36,236 bases of DNA from Anaerolineales bacterium UBA4823 (GCA_002402275.1 DHFN01000025.1:1-36236), one strand, 5' to 3'. Positions 24,384 through 33,287 are shown, numbered from the stretch's first letter. The notes: generated by a model from the letters alone, not told the origin. Numbers and translations are program-made.

Positions 24384-25021
24384 GAACCGGATCTTATTTA
24401 GAGAGATTATTGGGTGAAAAAGAAAACATTATTTTTACCACTCGGCAACATTGGACAATCCTGGTTGGCAAGATCCTATTAGAAGTTATCATCATACTGG
24501 CTGTTTTGGCTGCTTGTATCTGGTCATCTATGACCTATCCAGCATTTGCCATTTTCATTCTACCAATTGGTTTTATTCTAATTATTATCCCGGTCATCAC
24601 AATGACCCTCGACATTGCTCGTTGGTCTAACTACCAATTTATTGTGACCAATCGGCGAGTCATTCAGATCAGTGGAATTTTTAATAAAAACGTCGTTGAC
24701 AGTAATCTGGAAAAAGTGAATGACTTAAAACTGACCCAGCCTTATCTTGGAAGGATATTTGATTATGGGGATGTAGAAATTCTGACCGCCAGTGAATTAG
24801 GGGTCAACCTTTTTAAAAGGATTGCTCATCCCATTCAATTTAAAACTGCCCTCATTAATGCCAAGGAACACCTGGACCACGAGAATTTTATCATTCCTGA
24901 GGATGATTCCCATAAAAGCATTCCCGCTTTGATTACAAATCTCGATCAACTTCGCAAACAAGGTATTCTTACCGATCAAGAATTTGAACAAAAAAAGAAC
25001 GAGCTTCTATCCCGTCTTTGA
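24380..25021 (+). CDS. Membrane bPH (YdbS/YdbT-like, DUF304) domain protein with a C-terminal SHOCT domain
   Basis: Two TM helices, then YQFIVTNRRVIQISGIF....DYGDVEI (bacterial PH-like pattern). The C-terminal LDQLRKQGILTDQEFEQKKNELL is a SHOCT-type motif. The start overlaps the upstream stop (ATGA). Confidence 0.65.
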   Translation: MRTGSYLERLLGEKENIIFTTRQHWTILVGKILLEVIIILAVLAACIWSSMTYPAFAIFILPIGFILIIIPVITMTLDIARWSNYQFIVTNRRVIQISGIFNKNVVDSNLEKVNDLKLTQPYLGRIFDYGDVEILTASELGVNLFKRIAHPIQFKTALINAKEHLDHENFIIPEDDSHKSIPALITNLDQLRKQGILTDQEFEQKKNELLSRL

Positions 25022-25029
25022 AATAGACT

Positions 25030-26160
25030 ATGACTCAACTCATTTATTATGCCGAGTTAACCTGGCTTGAAGTGGCAGATCTTCCGCGGGATTGTCCAAT
25101 GGTTCTTCCATTAGGGGATGGATATGCTTGGAACAAAGTTTCCGAAGCACTATCCAATCCAACTAAAATGGTGATCTTTCCAACATTCCCTTATGGTTGG
25201 AGAGGAAGCTTATTGTATCTTCCCGAGAATGTCTTGACGGGCATTCTCTTGAATCTACTCCAAAGTGTCCGAGATGATGGTTTTACTCAAATCTTTGTAC
25301 TTACGCCTAGCGGATTAGATTTAAAGTTAGGATGCACCCAAATTGTACAACGGATTAATCAACCTCTCTCGGATTATTTTTCCTTAAATGATTTAGAAAA
25401 GGTTGTCTTAATCCCAATTGGACATACTGAACAACATGGTTATCACCTCCCCCTATCTACAGATACTGAAATCATTAACGCTATTGCTCAAGGTGTCATC
25501 ATCAATTTGCCTGAGAAATCAATCTCCCTGCCAGTTATGCCCTATGGTGTCAGTACCCACCGCGATTCATTTGCTGGGACCCTCAATGCAGGAGGACGCG
25601 CTTTCGAAGATTTTACTTTATCTATCCTAGATGCGCTTGTCCAAAAGGGTTTTACTCGTTTTTATTTGATGAGTGGACATGGCGGTAATTGTTCTTTTTT
25701 AGTTAATGTTGTTAAATATGCCGGCGAACGATATCCCAATATTTTTTGTGCGACCTCTTATCTTTATCTTAATACTCCCGAGGGTATAAAAGCACTAGAA
25801 ACCCATCGTCAATCTGCGATAGGTGGAATGGGGCATGCTTGTGAATTAGAAACCTCTTTGATGCTTTGTCTCCGCCCCGAGCTAGTTCACATGGAAAAGG
25901 TAGTTGATGAAACCGAGTTCATATCCACCCCTTCCTACTATATGGATTGGATAGAAGGGGGTTCCCTCGTAGCAAATCCACCTTGGACCGATGATACTCA
26001 AACCGGCGCGTATGGCGCTGGTAGCTTGGGAACTCGTGAAAAAGGTCAAATTTGGTTAGAATCTGCCATCCGAGAAAAAATTAACCAGGTTCATGAAATC
26101 GAAGAACAATATCAACGCAGATTACCTAGGAAGATCAGAGCAGGTAAATATCATAAATAA
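25030..26160 (+). CDS. Creatininase-family amidohydrolase with an N-terminal extension of about 105 aa
   Basis: VLIPIGHTEQHGYHLPLSTDT, LPVMPYGVS..H, MSGHGGN and HACELETSLML match the creatininase/MftE/ArfB family. The catalytic core starts near residue 125. Confidence 0.8.
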   Translation: MTQLIYYAELTWLEVADLPRDCPMVLPLGDGYAWNKVSEALSNPTKMVIFPTFPYGWRGSLLYLPENVLTGILLNLLQSVRDDGFTQIFVLTPSGLDLKLGCTQIVQRINQPLSDYFSLNDLEKVVLIPIGHTEQHGYHLPLSTDTEIINAIAQGVIINLPEKSISLPVMPYGVSTHRDSFAGTLNAGGRAFEDFTLSILDALVQKGFTRFYLMSGHGGNCSFLVNVVKYAGERYPNIFCATSYLYLNTPEGIKALETHRQSAIGGMGHACELETSLMLCLRPELVHMEKVVDETEFISTPSYYMDWIEGGSLVANPPWTDDTQTGAYGAGSLGTREKGQIWLESAIREKINQVHEIEEQYQRRLPRKIRAGKYHK

Positions 26161-27248
26161 TAAGGATAATACGAGTTAGCACAAGGGTTGCCCCAAGCTA
26201 AGTAAATTACTCTTTCAGTCAAATCCATCACCATCGCATTGATGGTCTTTTCTCTATCCAATGGAGAGTCTTCCTGCTCGGTATGATTACAAATTGAATC
26301 GGGGAAATTGACATGATCGCGTTGAATAGCTTGGAGCGTTTTGACCGTGTGCATATTGTTCTGGTGGATTAACCGTAAAGCTCGAAAATAACGAACCCGG
26401 GTGTCAATTAATTCATCTGGTTCGTATTCTATTGCTTGCATACGCGGATCAAGATAGTGATTGGTATGCACAACTGTCCCATCCATGCCAGGCAAGATTG
26501 CAAAACTGCGAGCGGATACTTCAACATTATACAACTCACCACTGTCATGGGCTAACAAATGGTTATAACCAGCGGCGCGATGAGGAATTACCATACAACG
26601 GATGGCTTCAGCTGGTGTTTGAGCTCCTAAAACCGCCCGAGAAACAATGACGCGTGGAATACCAATTCGGCTATCGGTTGGGTAGACAGTATCGCAACAT
26701 TGTGCAATACCCGCTTCGTTCATCCCAATATTCGGCAACAAACCGCCATAAGTCATTGCCAGGAAAGGAGGTTCATCCTCGGTTTCCACATGTACTAGAT
26801 AAACATCGCTTTCATCTTCCGGTAGCCAATCCTCGTTATGAGCTACCAGAACACTACCATCCGCGGTTAAGGATTGATTGACAGCCAGGCTGGTACATTT
26901 CGTTAAGTGCAGCGCATCCATGGTTACTGCTTCCATCGCATTTAAAACCGCTAAATCATCAAATCCAACATTGGCACCTTCTGAGATACCTTCTAACTCT
27001 TCAATATATTGGGGGTAACGCTCTTGAGCAAAGGGAATGTATTTGCGGGATTGTATGATTGCCCCTTTCCAAGTTAATTCCAAATCCGTATAAGCACTAT
27101 CCAACAAGATTCGGGCATTTTCCAAACTATGGTTTACTTGTTCTCGACAAGCTTCCCCAATTTGTTGACCAACTTGCCGATGGGTTCCTTTAACGGTAAT
27201 TAAAGGCGCTGGATTGGTATGGACTAAGCTTTTTTGTTCAGGCTGCAT
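26151..27248 (-). CDS. Peptidase C45 family (acyl-CoA:6-APA acyltransferase-like Ntn hydrolase)
   Basis: Size is 365 aa. Candidate nucleophile context is HLTKCTSLAV, with downstream AHNEDW and YGGLLPNIGMNEAGI patterns typical of C45 proteins. Its 3' end overlaps the convergent creatininase gene by 10 nt. Confidence 0.65.
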   Translation of the reverse strand: MQPEQKSLVHTNPAPLITVKGTHRQVGQQIGEACREQVNHSLENARILLDSAYTDLELTWKGAIIQSRKYIPFAQERYPQYIEELEGISEGANVGFDDLAVLNAMEAVTMDALHLTKCTSLAVNQSLTADGSVLVAHNEDWLPEDESDVYLVHVETEDEPPFLAMTYGGLLPNIGMNEAGIAQCCDTVYPTDSRIGIPRVIVSRAVLGAQTPAEAIRCMVIPHRAAGYNHLLAHDSGELYNVEVSARSFAILPGMDGTVVHTNHYLDPRMQAIEYEPDELIDTRVRYFRALRLIHQNNMHTVKTLQAIQRDHVNFPDSICNHTEQEDSPLDREKTINAMVMDLTERVIYLAWGNPCANSYYPYYL

Positions 27249-27260
27249 ATTATCCTTCTT

Positions 27261-29063
27261 TCAGAACTTAATTTCTTCTATATTAATATTAATTTTGCGA
27301 ATCCAGCATTGATTGTTTTTACAATAGTCAATAAATTTCTCTAAATCAGGGTTGTCGTCTGATTGAGGTGCAATTATCAAACCATTAACCGATCCGGTTC
27401 TATGGATGAATTCCAAGTTCTGGATTGAACCAATAATAGGAATTCCATGAATATTCTTGTTGATTTTATTGCGTTCATCACTAATTATACCAATTACATT
27501 CAATTTCAATTCAGGATGAACCATCAACCATTGAATCACAAAATCTGCGTCTTTATCTGAACCGTATATCCAGACTTTTTCGAAGTTATTCGAACGCTGT
27601 CGGGCTGAGAATACGTCTAATGCTTTATAAGAATAGCGAGTTGCAATTAAACCGAAGAATAAGAATATCCCAAATAACAAATAAGTGACTAAGGATAGAT
27701 GAATTTTAGGATACAAAAGTGAAATCAGGATCCAAAAGAGCACCGCGCTTATTGCTGAAGCTTTGCCATAATTGAAAATGCTTTCACTGCCCAAGTATCT
27801 CCATAAATCTCGATATAATCCATTAAAGTAAAACGAAATATATGCACAGATTAAAGCAAAAGGAAGTGTCGCAAGGTAGCTTTCGAGGCCGGTTAGATTG
27901 ACTGCTAATTTTTGAACAAATATCGCCAAATAATAGGCAACTGCGATCATCAGGAAATCAAAAACTACTTCTAATAGATTTCGTTGGAGAGCAAATCCAA
28001 CAATCCAATTTGGTAAAATTGCAACTTTTGTTGATCCTTTTTCTTCTCTAATTTTCAATCCTGCTAAATACGTAGTGAAAATCAATAAAACAATCATAAT
28101 TACCGGAATAAGCACTAAACTTAAGTCATAATCCAAAGATTCCAGAACCATTGCACTAATTCCGCAGATGAGTGCAATGATGCATAGGACTAAAACCACT
28201 TGACGTTCATTTAGTCCAAATTCGATCAAACGATGCGAGGTATGATCTTTTCCGCCTTTAACAGGTGATTCACCCCTAAATAACCTAGTGATCGTCACAA
28301 AAGTTGTATCCAGAATGGGGAGCAAAAAGAGCAACGTCGGAACTCCCATCACAGCAAAAATATTGGAGGCTTGTGGTTGACGGGCAATTGCTAATAATGC
28401 CAAAGTAAATCCGATAAATTGACTTCCACTATCCCCCATGAAAAGACTAGCTGGAGGAAAATTCCAAATGAGGAAACCGACTATAGCCCCACCCAGAGAT
28501 AACGAAATGGAAAATAAAACCCAATCTCCATTTTTCCAAAACAAGTAACTTAAAAACCCGCTGGCAATTAATGAAATCCCCCCAGCTAATCCATCCATAT
28601 TGTCCAGCAGGTTGATCGCATTAGTGATGCCCACTAACCAGATAAATGTCAACAGGATATTCGGTAATTGAGCAATAACGCTATTCCCTAAGCGGGGAGT
28701 GAAAAACAAAGTTGTATATCCTTGAGCTATGACTAAGCTGGCGGCTAATATTTGCCCAATTAATTTTGTAGCTGGTGAAATTGGTTTAACATCATCAACT
28801 ACCCCTAACAAAAATGCCACCAGACTACCGCTTAATAACCCCAAGGGGAAATCCTGCCAATCTTTTCGGATCCCAAAATAGATCACCAGCGTCAAGAGAG
28901 TCGCAACAAAAATCCCCACTCCCCCGAATTTAGGGATGGGTGTCACATGCCAACGATCATCTCTTGGTAAATCATAAATCTTATATGCAATCAAAACCCT
29001 ACGAATAAACCAACAGCCCAAAAAGGAAAAAACCAACCCAGCTAAGAGTAACCAAATATCCAT
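27261..29063 (-). CDS. Glycosyltransferase family 4 polyprenyl-phosphate HexNAc-1-P transferase (WecA/MraY-like) fused to a C-terminal TM plus Rossmann-like module
   Basis: The N-terminal half has about 10 TM segments with NAINLLDNMDGLAGG and FMGDSGSQFIG motifs. The C-terminal half has about 4 TM segments followed by VWIYGSDKDADFVIQWL....VIGIISDE....IHGIPIIGS, which resembles the CoA_binding_3 / CapD-WcaJ N-terminal module. Confidence 0.75.
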   Translation of the reverse strand: MDIWLLLAGLVFSFLGCWFIRRVLIAYKIYDLPRDDRWHVTPIPKFGGVGIFVATLLTLVIYFGIRKDWQDFPLGLLSGSLVAFLLGVVDDVKPISPATKLIGQILAASLVIAQGYTTLFFTPRLGNSVIAQLPNILLTFIWLVGITNAINLLDNMDGLAGGISLIASGFLSYLFWKNGDWVLFSISLSLGGAIVGFLIWNFPPASLFMGDSGSQFIGFTLALLAIARQPQASNIFAVMGVPTLLFLLPILDTTFVTITRLFRGESPVKGGKDHTSHRLIEFGLNERQVVLVLCIIALICGISAMVLESLDYDLSLVLIPVIMIVLLIFTTYLAGLKIREEKGSTKVAILPNWIVGFALQRNLLEVVFDFLMIAVAYYLAIFVQKLAVNLTGLESYLATLPFALICAYISFYFNGLYRDLWRYLGSESIFNYGKASAISAVLFWILISLLYPKIHLSLVTYLLFGIFLFFGLIATRYSYKALDVFSARQRSNNFEKVWIYGSDKDADFVIQWLMVHPELKLNVIGIISDERNKINKNIHGIPIIGSIQNLEFIHRTGSVNGLIIAPQSDDNPDLEKFIDYCKNNQCWIRKININIEEIKF

Positions 29064-29067
29064 AGTC

Positions 29068-32000
29068 TTACTGATTGATCTTTTGGAGCAAATCTTCGAT
29101 TTGTTGTTTTTGGTCTTCCGGACAGGTGGTTAAAGCTCTCTGCGCAAATTCTTTTGCCTGAGCTTTATCCCCTATACCATAATACAATTGAGCTAACAGA
29201 TTTTCATATTTCCAGGTTTCAGGCCCATTTGGAACATAAGTAAGAATTTGATTGAGTGATTCAATAGCTACCTTAATCTGATCTTGCTCGATAGCGAATT
29301 GGGTGAGGTTAAGTAAATAATTTACTTTCAAAGACACATCTTCAGCAAGATTTACCGCTTTTTGATAATTGGTAATGGTATTTACAATTGCATCATTTTT
29401 TTCCTGACCGCTCGAACGTCGGGTTAATTTTGCGTAATAGTCAGCGAAAAGGTAAGCAGTCCAATCATAGGTTGGATCTAATTTATAAGCCTGGAATAAT
29501 TTTTCCAATGCATCTTGACGTGTGTTGTCAGAGGTCATTAATAAAATTGCCCATTCATCCCAAAGCCGCGAACTGTTTGGGCTAAGTGAGATCGCTTTCT
29601 CGAAATAGAGGTTGGATTGGTCAAATCTTTTCTGTTTTATTTGCGGATCGCTTGTATAAAGTGACCACATACTATATAAGCGAGCCAGGTTGGCGGTATG
29701 GTCTGTGTTCAAGGGGTTAATCTTTTGGGCAGTGAGCAAATCACTTTCAGCTTGATGGAAAAATGCATCTCTTTGTTGGTCTTCGGTAATTGCCTTAGCT
29801 TGTTCCAGGTACGCACGTCCTAAAAAGAGATAATAATAATCTTCTCGCGGGGCGATTGTTATTCCATGTTTATAAATTTCAATTGCCACAGGCCAGGTAC
29901 CTTCTTTGGCAAAAGGTTCGGCAAGTTTGAAGTCAATATCCGCTTTACTGACCTTGATATTGCTTTGGTTTACAATTAACCCCCAACAAAAGATGCCGAT
30001 AATCAAAACCATTATTGCTAGAATTTTGCCGTTTGCCGATCTATTGGTGAGTTGATTCGAAAAAGTATTGACAATGGCAAAAAAACCAATAAACAAGAAG
30101 AACCAAATAGAATAATTGGAGAGTAAATTTTCATAGGCTGTTACCCGTTCCAACACTTCAGTCAGGTTGGTCACTTGAGATGCTGTAATGTTGGAAAGAG
30201 CATAAGCGTGGGAAAACCAAAACAAAAATGCGAGGATAAACCCAACCCCTATCATAATCAGCCAATTATTGAGGGATCTAAATCCTGTATCTTTAGGACT
30301 ATGTTCGGCTAACAGAACTACACTCCCAATAAAACCACTCAGAATAACTAACAATAAAACACCCGAAGAAGAAATAATTTGATCCCCTTTAACTTGAGTG
30401 AAGGAATTCCAAACAATCTGGAGGGGTTGGAATCCTAATTGAGTCGAGTTGATAAAATCATATCCTAATACCATTAAGATGATTGCTAGGATAATACCAT
30501 TTTGTAAACCCGGAGAATATTTTTCCACCCACGTCTTGCGATTAACCGTTGCCAAGTTAGGCTCACTTCTCTTTCGGCGTTTCTTTTCAACTGGGCTGGG
30601 TTGCGAATTGATTTCCTCTACCTTCTCGACTTCCGAGGCAGGTCTAACCAGTAAAACCAGCATACCTGCCATCAACCAAAAGTACGTGCGTGTGACAGCA
30701 ATCGCAATGCCAAAATTAATTTCCACAAGGTGAGCCACAAAAACAGAAATAACTGCAATAAGAATTAAAGCTTCCTGAATAGGTAAGTCATCTTTGGAGG
30801 AGAAGTCTTTTTGAATCAGGATTTTATATCCCAAAAACACAAATAACCCAGCAATCATCCCGATTGGAAAGGCTATACCAAAATATTCCACCCCTCTCCA
30901 GAAAATCATCACTAAGGATAGCAGGATTCCTAATCCTACCATCAAAGAAATAAACAATTTTTGATCATAGCGATTCTCGATTAATTTCAATCTCTTTAAA
31001 CCATAATAAAAGATGCTACTAAATAACAATAGATAGACAATGAATCCTAAAATTCCGGTAATAATTAAAGAGTCCCAACTTTCATTATGGGAACGATCTG
31101 GAGAGGCATTCCGTTTTTCGACCAAAGTCAGCTGAGGAGGATAAAAACGGTTATAGGCGACATACATACTCTCTGGTCCATATCCAATCAGTGGACGAAT
31201 GAAATAGAAAACATCACGCTTTCCGTCAGGATATTCCAGAGGTTTTAGATTGGTAAATAATTTGGCAGCCCCTTGCCAGATATAAGTTCGGACGCGGGCA
31301 TTATTGCTTTCGGGGTCTAATAGTTGACCATATCGGCCAATGGCGGGATTTTCTTTTAGGGATTCGAAGGGACTATTAGGCATATTGAACACTAATAAAA
31401 ATACCCCTAAAACTAAGGTTCCGGCAATCACCAATGAAGCTGCTGTTTTTTGTTTTCTCCATAGGAACCATAACAAAGTAAAAATTAAAACACTACTCAT
31501 CCAACCTAAAGCAGGGCCACGACTGCCACTGAAAAAGAGAGCGATAACTTGTAGTATGAGGATAAATAGATAGAAAGTAGATTTTAGAAACACCAAAATA
31601 GATAATGTGGGTATCCTAGCCAATTCAGCAAACGAAGAAATGATCCGGCTAAGGGTTAATGGGAACACCATGATTAAATAAGCTGCTACAAAAATGGAAT
31701 TTCCCATTGTGGAAGCAATCCGTTCGGAAACATCACCGCCCCAGGGAATTGGGTCAATGTGGTACCGTTGAAGTAATCCATACATGGCAACTGGAAAACT
31801 CACGACGATCATCACGCTAATTAATCGTTTGATCTGATCAAAACCTTTATAATTAAATACTAAGGACGCAAATAGGATGATATACGAAAATGTTGTATAG
31901 GTACCTTGTAACCTTTGATAGGAGCCTAGCCAGCTTGTGATCGGGACAATTGAAAAAATGGAAGAGATCAAATAGCTGACGATCAATATACTGACCGGAA

Positions 32001-32247
32001 GCATTAATGGAATCGATAAAAAACCCTTAATTGAGGAAGTTCGTCTATTTAATCTATCCCATTGGTCAATGGTTTTCACCAACCAAGCTAAAGCAACTAG
32101 CAGAGCAATTGACCTTAATAAGACAATTTTATCGGGTTCAAATATTCGGCTTGAATATACGTTAAAATACAGGGGGGTTGTGATTGCTGCAGCGATCCAG
32201 CCCGCTTCGATCAGATTATCACAAAGTCGTGTGATTTTTGATGGCAT
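29068..32247 (-). CDS. Very large polytopic membrane protein: O-antigen ligase/polymerase-like (Wzy_C) core with a C-terminal TPR domain
   Basis: More than 15 predicted TM segments. FFSGSRGPALGW is a Wzy_C-type loop motif. The C-terminal 280 aa or so are TPR-like (YYYLFLGRAYLEQAK, LYFEKAISLSPN and similar). I prefer ATG 32247 (GAGG 7 nt upstream) to the TTG at 32262. Confidence 0.7.
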   Translation of the reverse strand: MPSKITRLCDNLIEAGWIAAAITTPLYFNVYSSRIFEPDKIVLLRSIALLVALAWLVKTIDQWDRLNRRTSSIKGFLSIPLMLPVSILIVSYLISSIFSIVPITSWLGSYQRLQGTYTTFSYIILFASLVFNYKGFDQIKRLISVMIVVSFPVAMYGLLQRYHIDPIPWGGDVSERIASTMGNSIFVAAYLIMVFPLTLSRIISSFAELARIPTLSILVFLKSTFYLFILILQVIALFFSGSRGPALGWMSSVLIFTLLWFLWRKQKTAASLVIAGTLVLGVFLLVFNMPNSPFESLKENPAIGRYGQLLDPESNNARVRTYIWQGAAKLFTNLKPLEYPDGKRDVFYFIRPLIGYGPESMYVAYNRFYPPQLTLVEKRNASPDRSHNESWDSLIITGILGFIVYLLLFSSIFYYGLKRLKLIENRYDQKLFISLMVGLGILLSLVMIFWRGVEYFGIAFPIGMIAGLFVFLGYKILIQKDFSSKDDLPIQEALILIAVISVFVAHLVEINFGIAIAVTRTYFWLMAGMLVLLVRPASEVEKVEEINSQPSPVEKKRRKRSEPNLATVNRKTWVEKYSPGLQNGIILAIILMVLGYDFINSTQLGFQPLQIVWNSFTQVKGDQIISSSGVLLLVILSGFIGSVVLLAEHSPKDTGFRSLNNWLIMIGVGFILAFLFWFSHAYALSNITASQVTNLTEVLERVTAYENLLSNYSIWFFLFIGFFAIVNTFSNQLTNRSANGKILAIMVLIIGIFCWGLIVNQSNIKVSKADIDFKLAEPFAKEGTWPVAIEIYKHGITIAPREDYYYLFLGRAYLEQAKAITEDQQRDAFFHQAESDLLTAQKINPLNTDHTANLARLYSMWSLYTSDPQIKQKRFDQSNLYFEKAISLSPNSSRLWDEWAILLMTSDNTRQDALEKLFQAYKLDPTYDWTAYLFADYYAKLTRRSSGQEKNDAIVNTITNYQKAVNLAEDVSLKVNYLLNLTQFAIEQDQIKVAIESLNQILTYVPNGPETWKYENLLAQLYYGIGDKAQAKEFAQRALTTCPEDQKQQIEDLLQKINQ

Positions 32248-32262
32248 GGAGATACCTCGCAA

Positions 32263-32280
32263 TAAGATAAATTTATCTTA
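32263..32280. promoter_or_regulatory. Perfect 18-bp palindrome in the divergent promoter region (TAAGATAAATTTATCTTA)
   Basis: TAAGATAAA / TTTATCTTA, read directly. It sits between the divergently transcribed Wzy_C-TPR gene and the GT2 gene. Confidence 0.4.
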
Positions 32281-32337
32281 CCACAAGAGTTATGGATTTA
32301 ATAATTCCTAATCTTGAATTATAGGCAATATTTAAAT

Positions 32338-33270
32338 ATGAGTGTTCTTTATTCCAAACCTTTTACAGTTTTTACTCCCACCTACAATCGTGCCTATTGT
32401 CTACCCCGATTATTCAAAAGCCTAAAATCACAAACTTATACCGATTTTGAATGGCTGATTGTAGATGATGGATCTGAAGACAATACCAGCCAGGTTGTGG
32501 AATCGTTTTATTCGGATTGTAACTTTCCCATTCGCTATCAATTCCAGGCTCACCAACATAAAAAAACCGCACTGAATTTGGGAGTTAGACTAGCCCAAGG
32601 GAAATTATTCCTGGCTATTGACAGCGATGATGAACTATTACCAGATGCACTGGCAATCCTCTTTCGTTACTGGGAAGCTATCCCTAACCTAGATCAGGAA
32701 CAATTGGCGGGAATAACTGGTCTGCGAATTGACGAAGAAAATCAAATTGTTGGAACCAGATTTCCTCAACCAATTATGGATAGCAATTCTCTGGAGATCT
32801 TTTATCGTTATAAAGTAAAAGGGGATAAATGTGGCTTTATTAAAACCGAAATATTGAAACAATTTCCCTTTCCCGAAGAAATACCCAATCATGTTCCAGA
32901 AGGGGTTGTATACACAAAAATTGCCCGAAAATATCAAACCCGTTATATCAACGAAATCCTCTTAAGATCCTATAAAGGGAGCGATCAAATAACCCATTAT
33001 AAATATCAGCTTCAGTCATTACAGGAGAATGCTGAAGGACACGCTTATTGGGCAAGCCAAGTGCTAGACCAAGAGATGGATTATTTCTTTGATCGTCCAA
33101 TTTGGTTTATCAAAATGGCTGCCAATTACACCCGTTTTCATTTACATATAAAAAAGAAAGGATGCTCACTTTATTATCCTCTTCAGACACTTCGGGCAAA
33201 AACTTTGGAGATACTGTTCTATCCTTTGGGATGCTTAAGGTTTTTGCTCGATTACAGACGAAAGAACTAG
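32338..33270 (+). CDS. Glycosyltransferase family 2
   Basis: FTVFTPTYNRAYCLPRLFKSLKSQTYTDFEWLIVDDGSEDNT and a later AIDSDDEL (DxD) motif. ATG 32338 is preferred over the upstream TTG at 32314. Confidence 0.8.
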   Translation: MSVLYSKPFTVFTPTYNRAYCLPRLFKSLKSQTYTDFEWLIVDDGSEDNTSQVVESFYSDCNFPIRYQFQAHQHKKTALNLGVRLAQGKLFLAIDSDDELLPDALAILFRYWEAIPNLDQEQLAGITGLRIDEENQIVGTRFPQPIMDSNSLEIFYRYKVKGDKCGFIKTEILKQFPFPEEIPNHVPEGVVYTKIARKYQTRYINEILLRSYKGSDQITHYKYQLQSLQENAEGHAYWASQVLDQEMDYFFDRPIWFIKMAANYTRFHLHIKKKGCSLYYPLQTLRAKTLEILFYPLGCLRFLLDYRRKN

Positions 33271-33287
33271 TCAATGGTTAATCCTCA

